In this document: piece after piece, positions 36,090-43,762 of the stretch | Position numbering within the stretch: position 1 is the first letter of the stretch | Layout of the letters: every line of letters starts with the position of its first letter | Source of the DNA: a virus | IMG/VR virus record: IMGVR_UViG_3300045988_054045 | Direction: 5' to 3' (one strand) | DNA: 64,000 nucleotides | Position numbers and translations under genes: made by a program | The notes under the pieces: generated by a model | What the model was told of the DNA's origin: nothing | The model's database searches: none | What the model saw: the letters and a program-made list of their open reading frames with translations, nothing else

Positions 36090-36119
36090 TAGTAGATTTG
36101 CTGTGAAGTAAGTCTACTA
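36090..36119 (+). other. GTGAAG-loop hairpin
   Basis: TAGTAGA-tttgctgtgaagtaag-TCTACTA, 3 nt before tRNA-Trp. Confidence 0.4.
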
Positions 36120-36122
36120 TAT

Positions 36123-36194
36123 GCGTCGGTGGCATGATGGGGAAGCAACGGTCTCCAAAACCGTGATATGGGGGTTCGAATCCCTCACGGCGTG
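36123..36194 (+). tRNA. tRNA-Trp(CCA)
   Basis: GCGTCGG/ACGGCGT (2 GU pairs, 1 mismatch). Stem ACGGT/ACCGT, loop CTCCAAA. Confidence 0.7.
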
Positions 36195-36211
36195 CAAGCG
36201 ATTAGTTAATA

Positions 36212-36279
36212 AGAAGACTTACAGCAAACATTTTGATTATAGCAGTATTTTGGACCGCAAATATCAACAATAGTCTTCT
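36212..36279 (+). other. stem-closed leader cassette
   Basis: AGAAGACT-TACAGCAAA...AGTCTTCT-GTTAAAT-tRNA. Confidence 0.5.
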
Positions 36280-36286
36280 GTTAAAT

Positions 36287-36360
36287 TGGGAGGTAGGACA
36301 ATGGGCTAGTCTACTACATTTGGGATGTAGAGGTTGCGAGTTCGAATCTCGTCCTCCCAA
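36287..36360 (+). tRNA. tRNA-Pro(UGG)
   Basis: TGGGAGG/CCTCCCA. Loop TTTGGGA. Confidence 0.85.
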
Positions 36361-36383
36361 CACATTTATGGTTAAGTTATATA

Positions 36384-36535
36384 AGAATACTTACAGCAAA
36401 ACTTAAAGCAAATTCAAACAAATCGTAATTTTGTCTTAAACGTAGGTTCGATTCCTGCCCTCCCCACCATTGTGTGTTATTATAAGGGGAGGTTGAAATG
36501 TTGGTGTAGTCCGAGAGGGCGAAAGAAAGTATTCT
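36384..36535 (+). ncRNA. permuted tRNA-like module b
   Basis: AGAATACT-TACAGCAAA...GTAGG-TTCGATT-CCTGC-CCTCCCC-ACCA, a 16-nt loop, then GGGGAGG...AGTATTCT. Confidence 0.45.
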
Positions 36536-36541
36536 GACAAT

Positions 36542-36614
36542 GGGGAGGTAGCATAATTGGCTAATGCGCTAGATTTGCAATCTGGAGGATTGGGTTCGAG
36601 TCCCACCTGCTCCA
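36542..36614 (+). tRNA. tRNA-Ala(UGC)-like
   Basis: GGGGAGG/CTGCTCC (G3:U70, one A-G mismatch). Loop TTTGCAA. One T-stem mismatch. Confidence 0.55.
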
Positions 36615-36699
36615 CAACTCTTATAGAGTTATTCGTTAATAATGTATTATTGAAACTAACCCAAATAGAGAACATAAGAACTCATAAGAAGTATTCTAT

Positions 36700-36770
36700 G
36701 TAGGGTTGCCCGAGCGGTTAGGGGCTGGTCTGCAAAACCAGTCAGAACGGTTCAACTCCGTTACCCTACT
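36700..36770 (+). tRNA. tRNA-Cys(GCA)
   Basis: GTAGGGT/ACCCTAC. Loop CTGCAAA. Confidence 0.85.
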
Positions 36771-36790
36771 CTATTTTTAGTTAAACTACA

Positions 36791-36908
36791 AGAAGTCTAA
36801 CAGCAAAACCTCAAGCCTTGTAAGCCGTAGGTAATTGGTTCGAATCCAATAAGTGGGAATTTCCCATTTTAGCTCATTTGGATAGAGCAACGTATTAAAA
36901 TGACTTCT
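36791..36908 (+). ncRNA. permuted tRNA-like module c
   Basis: AGAAGTC-TAACAGCAAAA...ATTGG-TTCGAAT-CCAAT-AAGTGGGA, a 3-nt loop, then TCCCATTT-D arm (GCTC ATTTGGATA GAGC)...GACTTCT. Confidence 0.5.
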
Positions 36909-36910
36909 GA

Positions 36911-36943
36911 ACCCACATCTATTGTTAATACAGTAATGTGGGT
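36911..36943 (+). other. hairpin between module c and tRNA-Lys
   Basis: ACCCACAT...ATGTGGGT. Confidence 0.4.
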
Positions 36944-36947
36944 ATTT

Positions 36948-37021
36948 CACTCCGTAGCTCAGCTGGTTAGAGCACCAAACTTTTAATTTGGGGGTCCTGG
37001 GTTCAAATCCCAGCGGAGTGA
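36948..37021 (+). tRNA. tRNA-Lys(UUU)
   Basis: CACTCCG/CGGAGTG. Loop CTTTTAA. Confidence 0.85.
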
Positions 37022-37052
37022 CAAGGTGCTCAGACACCTCCTTTCAACCATA

Positions 37053-37271
37053 AGGGGACGTACAGCAAAATGTACTTATACTAACAAATGATTGAACCGT
37101 GTCTGTCGAAGTAATCCCTTCAATGGGTGCAGATGGGCTAGAGAAGTACACTCGAATAAAATGTAATAAGCTGTGAATTAGCCTTGACCATGCTGGGTAA
37201 GTATGGTGTCTCACATTCTGAATTGGGAGAATGGTAGACATTAAAAGTAAACCCATGTCCCCTGTTAAACC
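37053..37271 (+). ncRNA. large stem-closed cassette (219 nt) with ACAGCAAAA
   Basis: AGGGGAC-GTACAGCAAAA...GTCCCCT-GTTAAAC, followed by a terminator rather than a tRNA. Confidence 0.4.
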
Positions 37272-37274
37272 CAT

Positions 37275-37322
37275 CCTAGAATTTCTGTTTCGGGAGGTAG
37301 GATGGGTTTATTTCACTAACAA
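37275..37322 (+). terminator. intrinsic terminator
   Basis: AAACCCATCCTA...TAGGATGGGTTT followed by ATTT. Confidence 0.6.
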
Positions 37323-37501
37323 GATTGACATATTCTATTCAGTAACACTTATTAATTATGAAAGCAATTAAATTGATTAAGAAAGCTGTTAAGTGGTATT
37401 TTGATAGGACTGCTAATTCCTACATTTACCCTACTGGAACTCTCCCTATTATAAAGGAGTAAGTTCCTATGCTGCTGAAGGGAATGTCAATAAAAACTTA
37501 T

Positions 37502-37589
37502 GGAGGTTTGCCAGAACGGTAATGGAACGGACTTGAAATCCGATGTAACGTACCCATTCGTTGAGTAGGTTCGACTCCTACAGCCTCCT
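37502..37589 (+). tRNA. tRNA-Ser(UGA), type II, CCA encoded
   Basis: GGAGGTT/AGCCTCC. Loop CTTGAAA. 21-nt variable arm. T73 followed by genomic CCA. Confidence 0.75.
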
Positions 37590-37612
37590 CCACTTTAAAC
37601 AAACAGATTATT

Positions 37613-37930
37613 ATGTTAGGAAGATTTAGAAAAGCTAATGTGCTTAGTAAGAAGAAACTAGGGCACATTTATGACACAGCTATGAAGGCTGTAGGCAGAG
37701 AACCTGTAATAATTGAAGCTATCGCAGGTGGGTTTAGTGATGAGTGTAAGAAGTTGGTAGAAGAACGGTTTGAGTATCTTGAAGCTGTTATATCTACTGG
37801 TAAGTTTTACAAAACACCACGTAAACTAAAGAAGAGAATATGCAAGGATATATCTGCTAGATTTAATCTGTGCGTGATTGTCCTGAATCAATGGGATGAT
37901 TATAAACTTATAAACAAGAAAGAAGCATGA
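37613..37930 (+). CDS. hypothetical protein (105 aa)
   Basis: ORF track. Confidence 0.55.
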   Translation: MLGRFRKANVLSKKKLGHIYDTAMKAVGREPVIIEAIAGGFSDECKKLVEERFEYLEAVISTGKFYKTPRKLKKRICKDISARFNLCVIVLNQWDDYKLINKKEA

Positions 37931-37996
37931 TTGACGTATTAATAGCAGACATTGTATTTGATTGGACTTTCCTCAAACCTTTAATTGAGAGAGACG

Positions 37997-38257
37997 ATGG
38001 AAAGAAAGAATCAAATGAAGTGGATGAATCCACGCAACAAGTATTGGCGCAGGCAGAAGTTAGTCCAGAAATATATTACTAGACTAAAGAAGTTTCCTGC
38101 AAGTAGTTACGGATTATGGTGTGATAACTATAATCAACACTGGACTTTATCTTACAAAACTACAAGTACTCCATGTAGTTGTTGGTTGTGTAAAGGTGAA
38201 AGATATAATAGAAGAAAATTTAAGGAAGAAACTAAACTTGAGATAGAAATGTTTTAA
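37997..38257 (+). CDS. hypothetical basic protein (86 aa)
   Basis: ORF track; start moved to the ATG. Confidence 0.5.
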   Translation: MERKNQMKWMNPRNKYWRRQKLVQKYITRLKKFPASSYGLWCDNYNQHWTLSYKTTSTPCSCWLCKGERYNRRKFKEETKLEIEMF

Positions 38258-38272
38258 GTTATTTAATCTATA

Positions 38273-38414
38273 AGAAGTCTAACAGCAACTTTATTAGCAA
38301 TTTCGATTATGGTTCGACTAGTTTGGGTTCGAATCCCAACAACCTCCCAAAGTATAACTAATATGGAGGTTGTAGTGTAAGGGTTAGCACAGTATATGCA
38401 AAAAAATGACTTCT
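38273..38414 (+). ncRNA. permuted tRNA-like module d
   Basis: AGAAGTC-TAACAGCAA...TTGGG-TTCGAAT-CCCAA-CAACCTCC, a 17-nt loop, then GGAGGTTG-TA-GTGT AAGGGTTA GCAC...GACTTCT. Confidence 0.5.
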
Positions 38415-38420
38415 GATGAT

Positions 38421-38493
<73 letters not shown>

Positions 38494-38508
38494 CTAATTA
38501 ATAAAATT

Positions 38509-38712
38509 ATGGTGGAAATTAAGAAAGAGATTACACAATGTAGAGAATGCCCCTATTGTAGAATTGTTCCTGACCCAGACCCTGATGACTGGTTCAACGA
38601 TGATGATGAGAAGGCTCTCTGCACAGAATCAGGAAATAGACTGATTGAAGGAATGTTAAGACCTTATGAAAAGGTAATAATTCCAGATTGGTGTCCTTTA
38701 AAGGCTAACTAA
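38509..38712 (+). CDS. Cys-rich small protein (67 aa)
   Basis: CRECPYC...WCP. Confidence 0.5.
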   Translation: MVEIKKEITQCRECPYCRIVPDPDPDDWFNDDDEKALCTESGNRLIEGMLRPYEKVIIPDWCPLKAN

Positions 38713-38913
38713 ACTCAAGTACCCAATTCCGTACACCAAAAGGTTAAAATGGGGAAGTGGTTCTAAGTGCGGATAGCTAGTAGTTAGCCTTTTTACAATA
38801 AATTAGACCGAGGTTGTGGTTAGGTGAAATGCCTTAAGTAGGATGAGGGTACAACTCACTGGTGACGCGTCACTGGTCATAAATGGAAGTGGATGTACGT
38901 GTAGGTCTTATAT

Positions 38914-38986
38914 GGTGTTTATAGTTCAACGGTTAGAATAACTGATTGTGGTTCAGTAGACGTGGTTTCGACTACCACTAGACACC
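38914..38986 (+). tRNA. tRNA-His(GUG) with encoded G-1
   Basis: G-1 pairs with C73. GTGTTTA/TAGACAC. Loop TTGTGGT. Confidence 0.85.
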
Positions 38987-39081
38987 CTTTAGTAATGGGT
39001 TTTAAAATAAAATCTTCCTGTTTGTTTACCATTACTTAACGTGGTTTAGAAGGGTTACACGAGATAACAATCCTTCCTCTT

Positions 39082-39153
39082 GGGGCGGTAGCTCAATGGT
39101 AGAGCGCAGGTCTGAAGAGCCTGGCGTTGGAGGTTCGATTCCTCCTCGCCCCA
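39082..39153 (+). tRNA. tRNA-Phe(GAA)
   Basis: GGGGCGG/TCGCCCC. Loop CTGAAGA. Confidence 0.85.
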
Positions 39154-39168
39154 CGTCGATTAGTAGAT

Positions 39169-39293
39169 AAGGACTAACAGCAATTTATCTTTTGTAGCCA
39201 AAGCAGCGGGTCTGGGGTTCGAGTCCCCACATTAGATTCGTCTAATAGTAGCTCAGGCGGTAGAGCAGCAGCCTAATAACAAAGATAGTCCTT
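39169..39293 (+). ncRNA. permuted tRNA-like module e
   Basis: AAGGACT-AACAGCAA...TGGGG-TTCGAGT-CCCCA-(C)ATTAGA, a TTCG tetraloop, then TCTAAT-canonical D arm GCTC AGGCGGTA GAGC...CAAAGAT-AGTCCTT. Confidence 0.55.
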
Positions 39294-39332
39294 AGCTGTT
39301 TTACAGAATTACAGGGTAAAGAAATTCTGTAT

Positions 39333-39420
39333 GGAGAGTAAACCTTGATGGTGATAGGGGCTACCTGCTAAGTAGTTTCGTACATAAAAAGTGTATGTGG
39401 TTCGATTCCACTGCTCTCCG
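39333..39420 (+). tRNA. tRNA-Ser(GCU), type II
   Basis: GGAGAGT/GCTCTCC. Loop CTGCTAA. 19-nt variable arm. G73. Confidence 0.75.
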
Positions 39421-39463
39421 CGAATGTTTGGAACTTTTATTATAACTTAAAAAACTTATTGTT

Positions 39464-39757
39464 ATGAATGAGGTTCAAGTATTAAATCCGAAGACGTTGG
39501 AACAAACTCCATCTCTTCCTAATGTTGTCATAGCTGTAATTAATCAGCTTATAAAGAAGTATTGGAATGGTAGTTGCAGTACCATTCGTGTAAATGATAT
39601 TCTAGTATTTGTTGGTTTAGCCACTACTTATCCCATTGAAAGCATTATGAGTAGTAACTGGGTTGAGACTGCTAAGGCTTTATACCAAAGCTGTGGTTAT
39701 AAAGTCTCGGAAATAAGTAGGGGTGAGGACAAGTACTTAGAGTTTAAACTGAGTTAA
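39464..39757 (+). CDS. hypothetical protein (97 aa)
   Basis: ORF track. Confidence 0.55.
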   Translation: MNEVQVLNPKTLEQTPSLPNVVIAVINQLIKKYWNGSCSTIRVNDILVFVGLATTYPIESIMSSNWVETAKALYQSCGYKVSEISRGEDKYLEFKLS

Positions 39758-39758
39758 T

Positions 39759-39832
39759 GTTGGGTTAGACGAACTGGTCAAGTCACCACACTTTCAATGT
39801 GGAGATTAGGGGTTCGAGTCCCCTACCCAATA
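39759..39832 (+). tRNA. tRNA-Glu(UUC)
   Basis: GTTGGGT/ACCCAAT. Loop CTTTCAA. Confidence 0.8.
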
Positions 39833-39963
39833 CCTTGTAGTCCTCCTTAACCCTTAATAGGGTAGTTAGGCTACACTGTGAACGAACAGAGGAGAGAAGT
39901 TCACACGTTGGCTAGCAACGTAGTACACAATGGTAGGATAGGAACGGCTAGCACCTACCACAT

Positions 39964-40035
39964 AGCCCTATCTACTAATGGTCAGGTAATTGCCCTCTCA
40001 AGGCAAAAATACGGGTTCGAATCCCGTTGGGGTTA
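39964..40035 (+). tRNA. tRNA-Glu(CUC)
   Basis: AGCCCTA/TGGGGTT. Loop CTCTCAA. Confidence 0.75.
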
Positions 40036-40040
40036 CTATA

Positions 40041-40181
40041 ACTATCAAGTGTAAAATCTTACTACGATGCCCAAACGAGCCAAATGTGTTTTGGGAGAAA
40101 TGAAAAGAAGACAAAGGACAGGAAGGAATCCGAAAGGGATTTAAATGATATTAATAGGGCTAATCCTTCCATCTTGATAGT
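40041..40181 (+). ncRNA. stem-closed structured element (141 nt) upstream of a tRNA
   Basis: ACTATCAAG...CTTGATAGT terminal stem with nested GGAAGGAT..ATCCTTCC. Lies 8 nt before the tRNA at 40190. Confidence 0.4.
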
Positions 40182-40189
40182 TATTTAAC

Positions 40190-40258
40190 GAGTGTGAAGT
40201 GTTACGGTAGCATACCGCCCTGTCACGGCGGCGGAGGGGTTCGACTCCCACACATTCG
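40190..40258 (+). tRNA. tRNA-Asp(GUC)-like, short T stem
   Basis: GAGTGTG/CACATTC. Stem CCGCC/GGCGG, loop CTGTCAC. The T stem has only 3-4 bp. Confidence 0.5.
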
Positions 40259-40280
40259 GCTTGTATTTATCATTAGTACA

Positions 40281-40423
40281 AGAAGGCTTACAGCAAATTT
40301 TATCTCTAAGTATTCAATTGGTAAGTGAAAGACGCAGGGTTCGAATCCTTGCCTATACCGTCAAAGTCCTGTTGGGTATAGTCGTTTAGTGGTAAGATGT
40401 ATTAGAAAACAGGCGTGCCTTCT
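40281..40423 (+). ncRNA. permuted tRNA-like module f
   Basis: AGAAGGC-TTACAGCAAA...CAGGG-TTCGAAT-CCTTG-CTATACC, a 15-nt loop, then GGTATAG-D arm (AGTGGTAA)...GCCTTCT. Confidence 0.5.
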
Positions 40424-40424
40424 G

Positions 40425-40448
40425 AGCACACATCTAAGTATGTGTGCT
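40425..40448 (+). other. hairpin between module f and tRNA-Thr
   Basis: AGCACACAT-ctaagt-ATGTGTGCT. Confidence 0.4.
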
Positions 40449-40453
40449 AATTT

Positions 40454-40526
40454 GCCTCCGTAGCTCAATAGGCAGAGCAACTCACTTGTAATGAGAAGGT
40501 TGTAGGTTCGATTCCTATCGGAGGCT
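40454..40526 (+). tRNA. tRNA-Thr(UGU)
   Basis: GCCTCCG/CGGAGGC. Loop CTTGTAA. Confidence 0.85.
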
Positions 40527-40533
40527 CAAAATT

Positions 40534-40572
40534 AGTCCTATTTGTTAGCAATAACAGTAGGACTTATTCTTT
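40534..40572 (+). terminator. intrinsic terminator candidate
   Basis: AGTCCTA...TAGGACT followed by TATTCTTTC. Confidence 0.5.
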
Positions 40573-40642
40573 CTAAATAGCAAGATTCTCAGTTAGTACT
40601 ACAAAGATTAGCATTTGCAAATGTTATTATGTAAAATGAATT

Positions 40643-41020
40643 ATGAGTAGCTTTAAAGACGGATTAAGGAGAAGTGGTCAGAGTGTACTTGATGCAAGGG
40701 CGCAGAACTTGTATGAAATGACAAAAATTGAAGAGGAACGATTCATCCAAGAATGTAAGATGAAAGTTCTTCGTATCAAGAATGAGTTAAACAAGCACAG
40801 AGACCTATCTGTAAAATCCACTACTTCGTTGGAAGTTGGTAATGGCTTTGACCCTAAGGCTTGGGTTGCTAAGAGACATCAATTGGAACGTGACTTACGA
40901 GTTGCTAACATTGAATATGCTCTTGCACTTAAAGTTGATGGTGAAGAGTTCCCAGCTGACGAAACTGAGGAAATGATTAATGTAGCAGAAGTGCTAGAAG
41001 ACGATGCTAAATTGAAGTAA
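40643..41020 (+). CDS. hypothetical protein (125 aa)
   Basis: ORF track; first gene of the vWA/PurA-like operon. Confidence 0.55.
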   Translation: MSSFKDGLRRSGQSVLDARAQNLYEMTKIEEERFIQECKMKVLRIKNELNKHRDLSVKSTTSLEVGNGFDPKAWVAKRHQLERDLRVANIEYALALKVDGEEFPADETEEMINVAEVLEDDAKLK

Positions 41021-41022
41021 TT

Positions 41023-41955
41023 ATGGGAAGTGGAAGTTATTCCTTTGCAGCTTATTCTGCATTATCTACCGATAGAGGGTATGCAACCAAGTCAGCTGAT
41101 GCTGTCTTTACGAATCACACTCTATCAGCAAAGTCAGACATTAAATTGTCTAACGTAAATGCAAGAAACTATAACACACAGGTTAAACCAGAAATGATTA
41201 ACACTGGTGTTAGGGAAAGTAGAGATAGCAACGAACATCCTGAAACTACTCCGATTATCATTGCTCTTGATGTTACTGGTTCAATGCGTAGAACACCCCA
41301 TGAAATGATTAAGGATAACTTCCCTAAACTCATGGATGCTCTAATGCAACTGGGAGTCAAAGACCCGCAGCTGTTATTTATGGCTGTTGGCGACCATGAG
41401 TATGATAGGTATCCTATTCAAGTTGGACAATTTGAATCTGATACTGAGAAGATTGTAAACTCTCTTGAAGAGTTTGTACTCGAAGGTGGTGGAGGTGGAA
41501 ATAGTGGTGAGAGCTACTTATTGGCTCATATAATTGCTGGCTATCACACTGAAACAGACTCATGGTTTAAAAGACACAAGAAGGGTTATCTATTCACCAT
41601 TGGTGATGAACCCAACTTGCACGGCATCAGTGGACGTGCTTTGGAAGATTTCTTAGGCTATCAACACCCTGCTAATCCTATTAGCGAGGAAGAGGCTGTC
41701 AAGAAAGCTCAAGAGCAATATAACGTCTATCATATTCATGTTACTAATGGTAGCTATGGTACAAGAATTGCTCCAGGTTGGAAGAATCTACTTGGACAGA
41801 ATGTACTTACTTGTGATTCACACAATGTTCACAACGTAATTGCTGAAGCCATTAAGCAACACGAAGACCTCACTGGAGTACCCTATGAAGCAGAAGCAGT
41901 AGTGGATGCCCCAACGACCAGTGCAGGTGAAGAAAGTGGAACTTATACCTATTAA
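41023..41955 (+). CDS. vWA domain protein (TerY-like)
   Basis: MIDAS IIALDVTGSM, later FTIGDEPN. Confidence 0.7.
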   Translation: MGSGSYSFAAYSALSTDRGYATKSADAVFTNHTLSAKSDIKLSNVNARNYNTQVKPEMINTGVRESRDSNEHPETTPIIIALDVTGSMRRTPHEMIKDNFPKLMDALMQLGVKDPQLLFMAVGDHEYDRYPIQVGQFESDTEKIVNSLEEFVLEGGGGGNSGESYLLAHIIAGYHTETDSWFKRHKKGYLFTIGDEPNLHGISGRALEDFLGYQHPANPISEEEAVKKAQEQYNVYHIHVTNGSYGTRIAPGWKNLLGQNVLTCDSHNVHNVIAEAIKQHEDLTGVPYEAEAVVDAPTTSAGEESGTYTY

Positions 41956-41961
41956 GAAAAG

Positions 41962-43068
41962 ATGAATGAAATTGTATTAGGCTCGTTCTTTGGTGACGAG
42001 GGTAAAGGGCAAACCGTCCATAATTTATGTAAGGCACATCCTAAAGAAGAAACAATAGTTATTCGATTCAGTGGCGGACATCAAGTTGGTCATACTGTAA
42101 GGCATGGTAAACTTGAACACACGTTTAGTAATTATGGTAGTGGAACTTTACTTGGCATACCAACATACTGGTCTAAATACTGTACTGTAGACCCTATTAC
42201 TACTATGGGAGAATTGGTAGACTTAAATAAGCTCGGAGTCTATCCAGAGATTATCTACCATCCACTCTGCGAGGTTGTTACTCCCTTTGATGTTATTAAT
42301 CAATGGAATAATGAGGAGAACCTTAAACATGGTACTGTAGGCACAGGATTCAAATCTGCTCTCGATAGAGTAGCCGCTGGTTATCATATTACTGTTCGAG
42401 ATTGTGCTAATATCATGGTTCTAAGAGCCAAGATTGCATCACTTATTAAGAACTACTATGATTTCAGTTCCAGCCTTCCAATGTATAATATTGATGATTG
42501 GTGTGTTAGAGTGCATGAGTACTTCAAATCTGTAACAATATATGACGAGAATATTCTTACTCGTTATAAATACAAGGTCTTTGAGGGTTCACAAGGTATA
42601 TTACTAGACCAGAGATTTGGTATAATGCCTTATTGTACTCCAAGTAACACTACTTGTCAAAATGCTATGGAAATTATTAACAGGATAAAGCAAGTATCTA
42701 AGAATCACTTAGATAGAATGACGGAAGAGATAACAGACCATGTGTATGTTATCAGACCATATATTACCAGACATGGTAATGGTCCAATTCCTACTTCTAA
42801 ACCTGTTAGAGCTGTAGATGACCCTAATAATCAGTTCAATGAGTTCCAAAAGACTCTTAGGGCTGTGGAGTTCGATGTTAAATTATTCGAACACGCATTA
42901 TTAGTAGATTCTACTTTCATCCCAAACCATTATACACACAGGAGGATGTTAGTTATCACCCATAAGGATGAAATTACATCACAGTTCAACGATGAACTAC
43001 TTTCTGGTAATTGGGAAGGACAATTTAGTGGCATGAATTTATCTTACTATGATGAACTCATGGTATAG
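41962..43068 (+). CDS. short adenylosuccinate synthetase family protein (PurA/PurZ-like)
   Basis: P-loop GSFFGDEGKGQ, RFSGGHQVGHT, GTVGTGFKS. 368 aa against about 430 for PurA. Confidence 0.7.
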   Translation: MNEIVLGSFFGDEGKGQTVHNLCKAHPKEETIVIRFSGGHQVGHTVRHGKLEHTFSNYGSGTLLGIPTYWSKYCTVDPITTMGELVDLNKLGVYPEIIYHPLCEVVTPFDVINQWNNEENLKHGTVGTGFKSALDRVAAGYHITVRDCANIMVLRAKIASLIKNYYDFSSSLPMYNIDDWCVRVHEYFKSVTIYDENILTRYKYKVFEGSQGILLDQRFGIMPYCTPSNTTCQNAMEIINRIKQVSKNHLDRMTEEITDHVYVIRPYITRHGNGPIPTSKPVRAVDDPNNQFNEFQKTLRAVEFDVKLFEHALLVDSTFIPNHYTHRRMLVITHKDEITSQFNDELLSGNWEGQFSGMNLSYYDELMV

Positions 43069-43078
43069 AATTATTGTA

Positions 43079-43173
43079 AGACGACTCACAGCAAAGAAAA
43101 TATTATGACTTTAAAATAGTGAACCCCTCTGCTGCCCATTGCGGAGGTTAAAGAGTTAGTGGGAAGGTCGTCT
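43079..43173 (+). other. stem-closed leader cassette
   Basis: AGACGACT-CACAGCAAA...GGTCGTCT-GTTCCAT-tRNA. Confidence 0.5.
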
Positions 43174-43180
43174 GTTCCAT

Positions 43181-43252
43181 TGGGCTATAGTGTAATGGTT
43201 AGCACACAACACTTTGACTGTTGTAGTCTAGGTTCGAATCCTGGTAGCCCAA
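43181..43252 (+). tRNA. tRNA-Gln(UUG)
   Basis: TGGGCTA/TAGCCCA. Loop CTTTGAC. Confidence 0.85.
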
Positions 43253-43269
43253 CATAAAGATTAAATCTT

Positions 43270-43572
43270 ATGAAGGCAATGAAGGATAAGAGAAAATTCG
43301 GAGGAGCATCTCCAGTATCTAAGAATCGTAACTGTAAGAAATTCGGATATAGTTATGATAAAGAGGTAAGGAGAATCTGGCGAATTGAGGCAAGACAGTT
43401 AGCTCATAAAATACTAATGCACCTACCTGTTAGTAGAGAGGAAATTCAAGCAGCATGGAGCAATCCATATACTGATAGCTCTGTGTTAGGTGTTCCTTAT
43501 ATATGGGACGGAGAAGGTTACTACGATAGATGGGTAGAGCAGGTGTATAAAAAACTAAACAACGTGATATGA
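43270..43572 (+). CDS. hypothetical basic protein (100 aa)
   Basis: ORF track. Confidence 0.55.
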   Translation: MKAMKDKRKFGGASPVSKNRNCKKFGYSYDKEVRRIWRIEARQLAHKILMHLPVSREEIQAAWSNPYTDSSVLGVPYIWDGEGYYDRWVEQVYKKLNNVI

Positions 43573-43742
43573 TTTACACAAGAGTAATTCTAGTATTGCT
43601 AATTATACTAATTTTGGTATATTATGCTATGATTGTTGCTCACCTTTCTGGTGTTATTAATCTTACTGAGAGAAAGATAACTTTTGGTAAGTTATGTATT
43701 CCGTTTTATTACTGGATACACCAAGAAGGTGAAAATGTTTAA
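43569..43742 (+). CDS. small membrane protein (57 aa)
   Basis: ATGA overlap. Hydrophobic VILVLLIILILVYYAMIVA segment. Not in the track. Confidence 0.45.
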   Translation: MIYTRVILVLLIILILVYYAMIVAHLSGVINLTERKITFGKLCIPFYYWIHQEGENV

Positions 43743-43762
43743 TGTTAAATGAGTAGAAGAAA

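Noticed and set aside
36441-36469. The tRNA 3' halves were first read as leftovers of tRNA genes interrupted by introns (5' half upstream)
   Set aside because: No matching 5' acceptor strand exists upstream of any of them. The complementary strand always lies 3-122 nt downstream, so the order is genuinely permuted.
31646-37274. Track ORFs 31646-31843, 32099-32296, 33284-33529, 36436-36675, 36786-37037 and 37044-37274 (minus strand), plus 45038-45295 (plus strand)
   Set aside because: They lie entirely over tRNA genes and structured spacers. They have odd composition and no operon context, so they are artefacts of ORF calling in RNA-gene regions.
41962-43068. Calling the PurA homolog definitively PurZ (diaminopurine genome)
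   Set aside because: The discriminating residues cannot be judged by eye, and no datZ, mazZ or dpoZ-like gene is visible in this window. It is kept only as a hypothesis.
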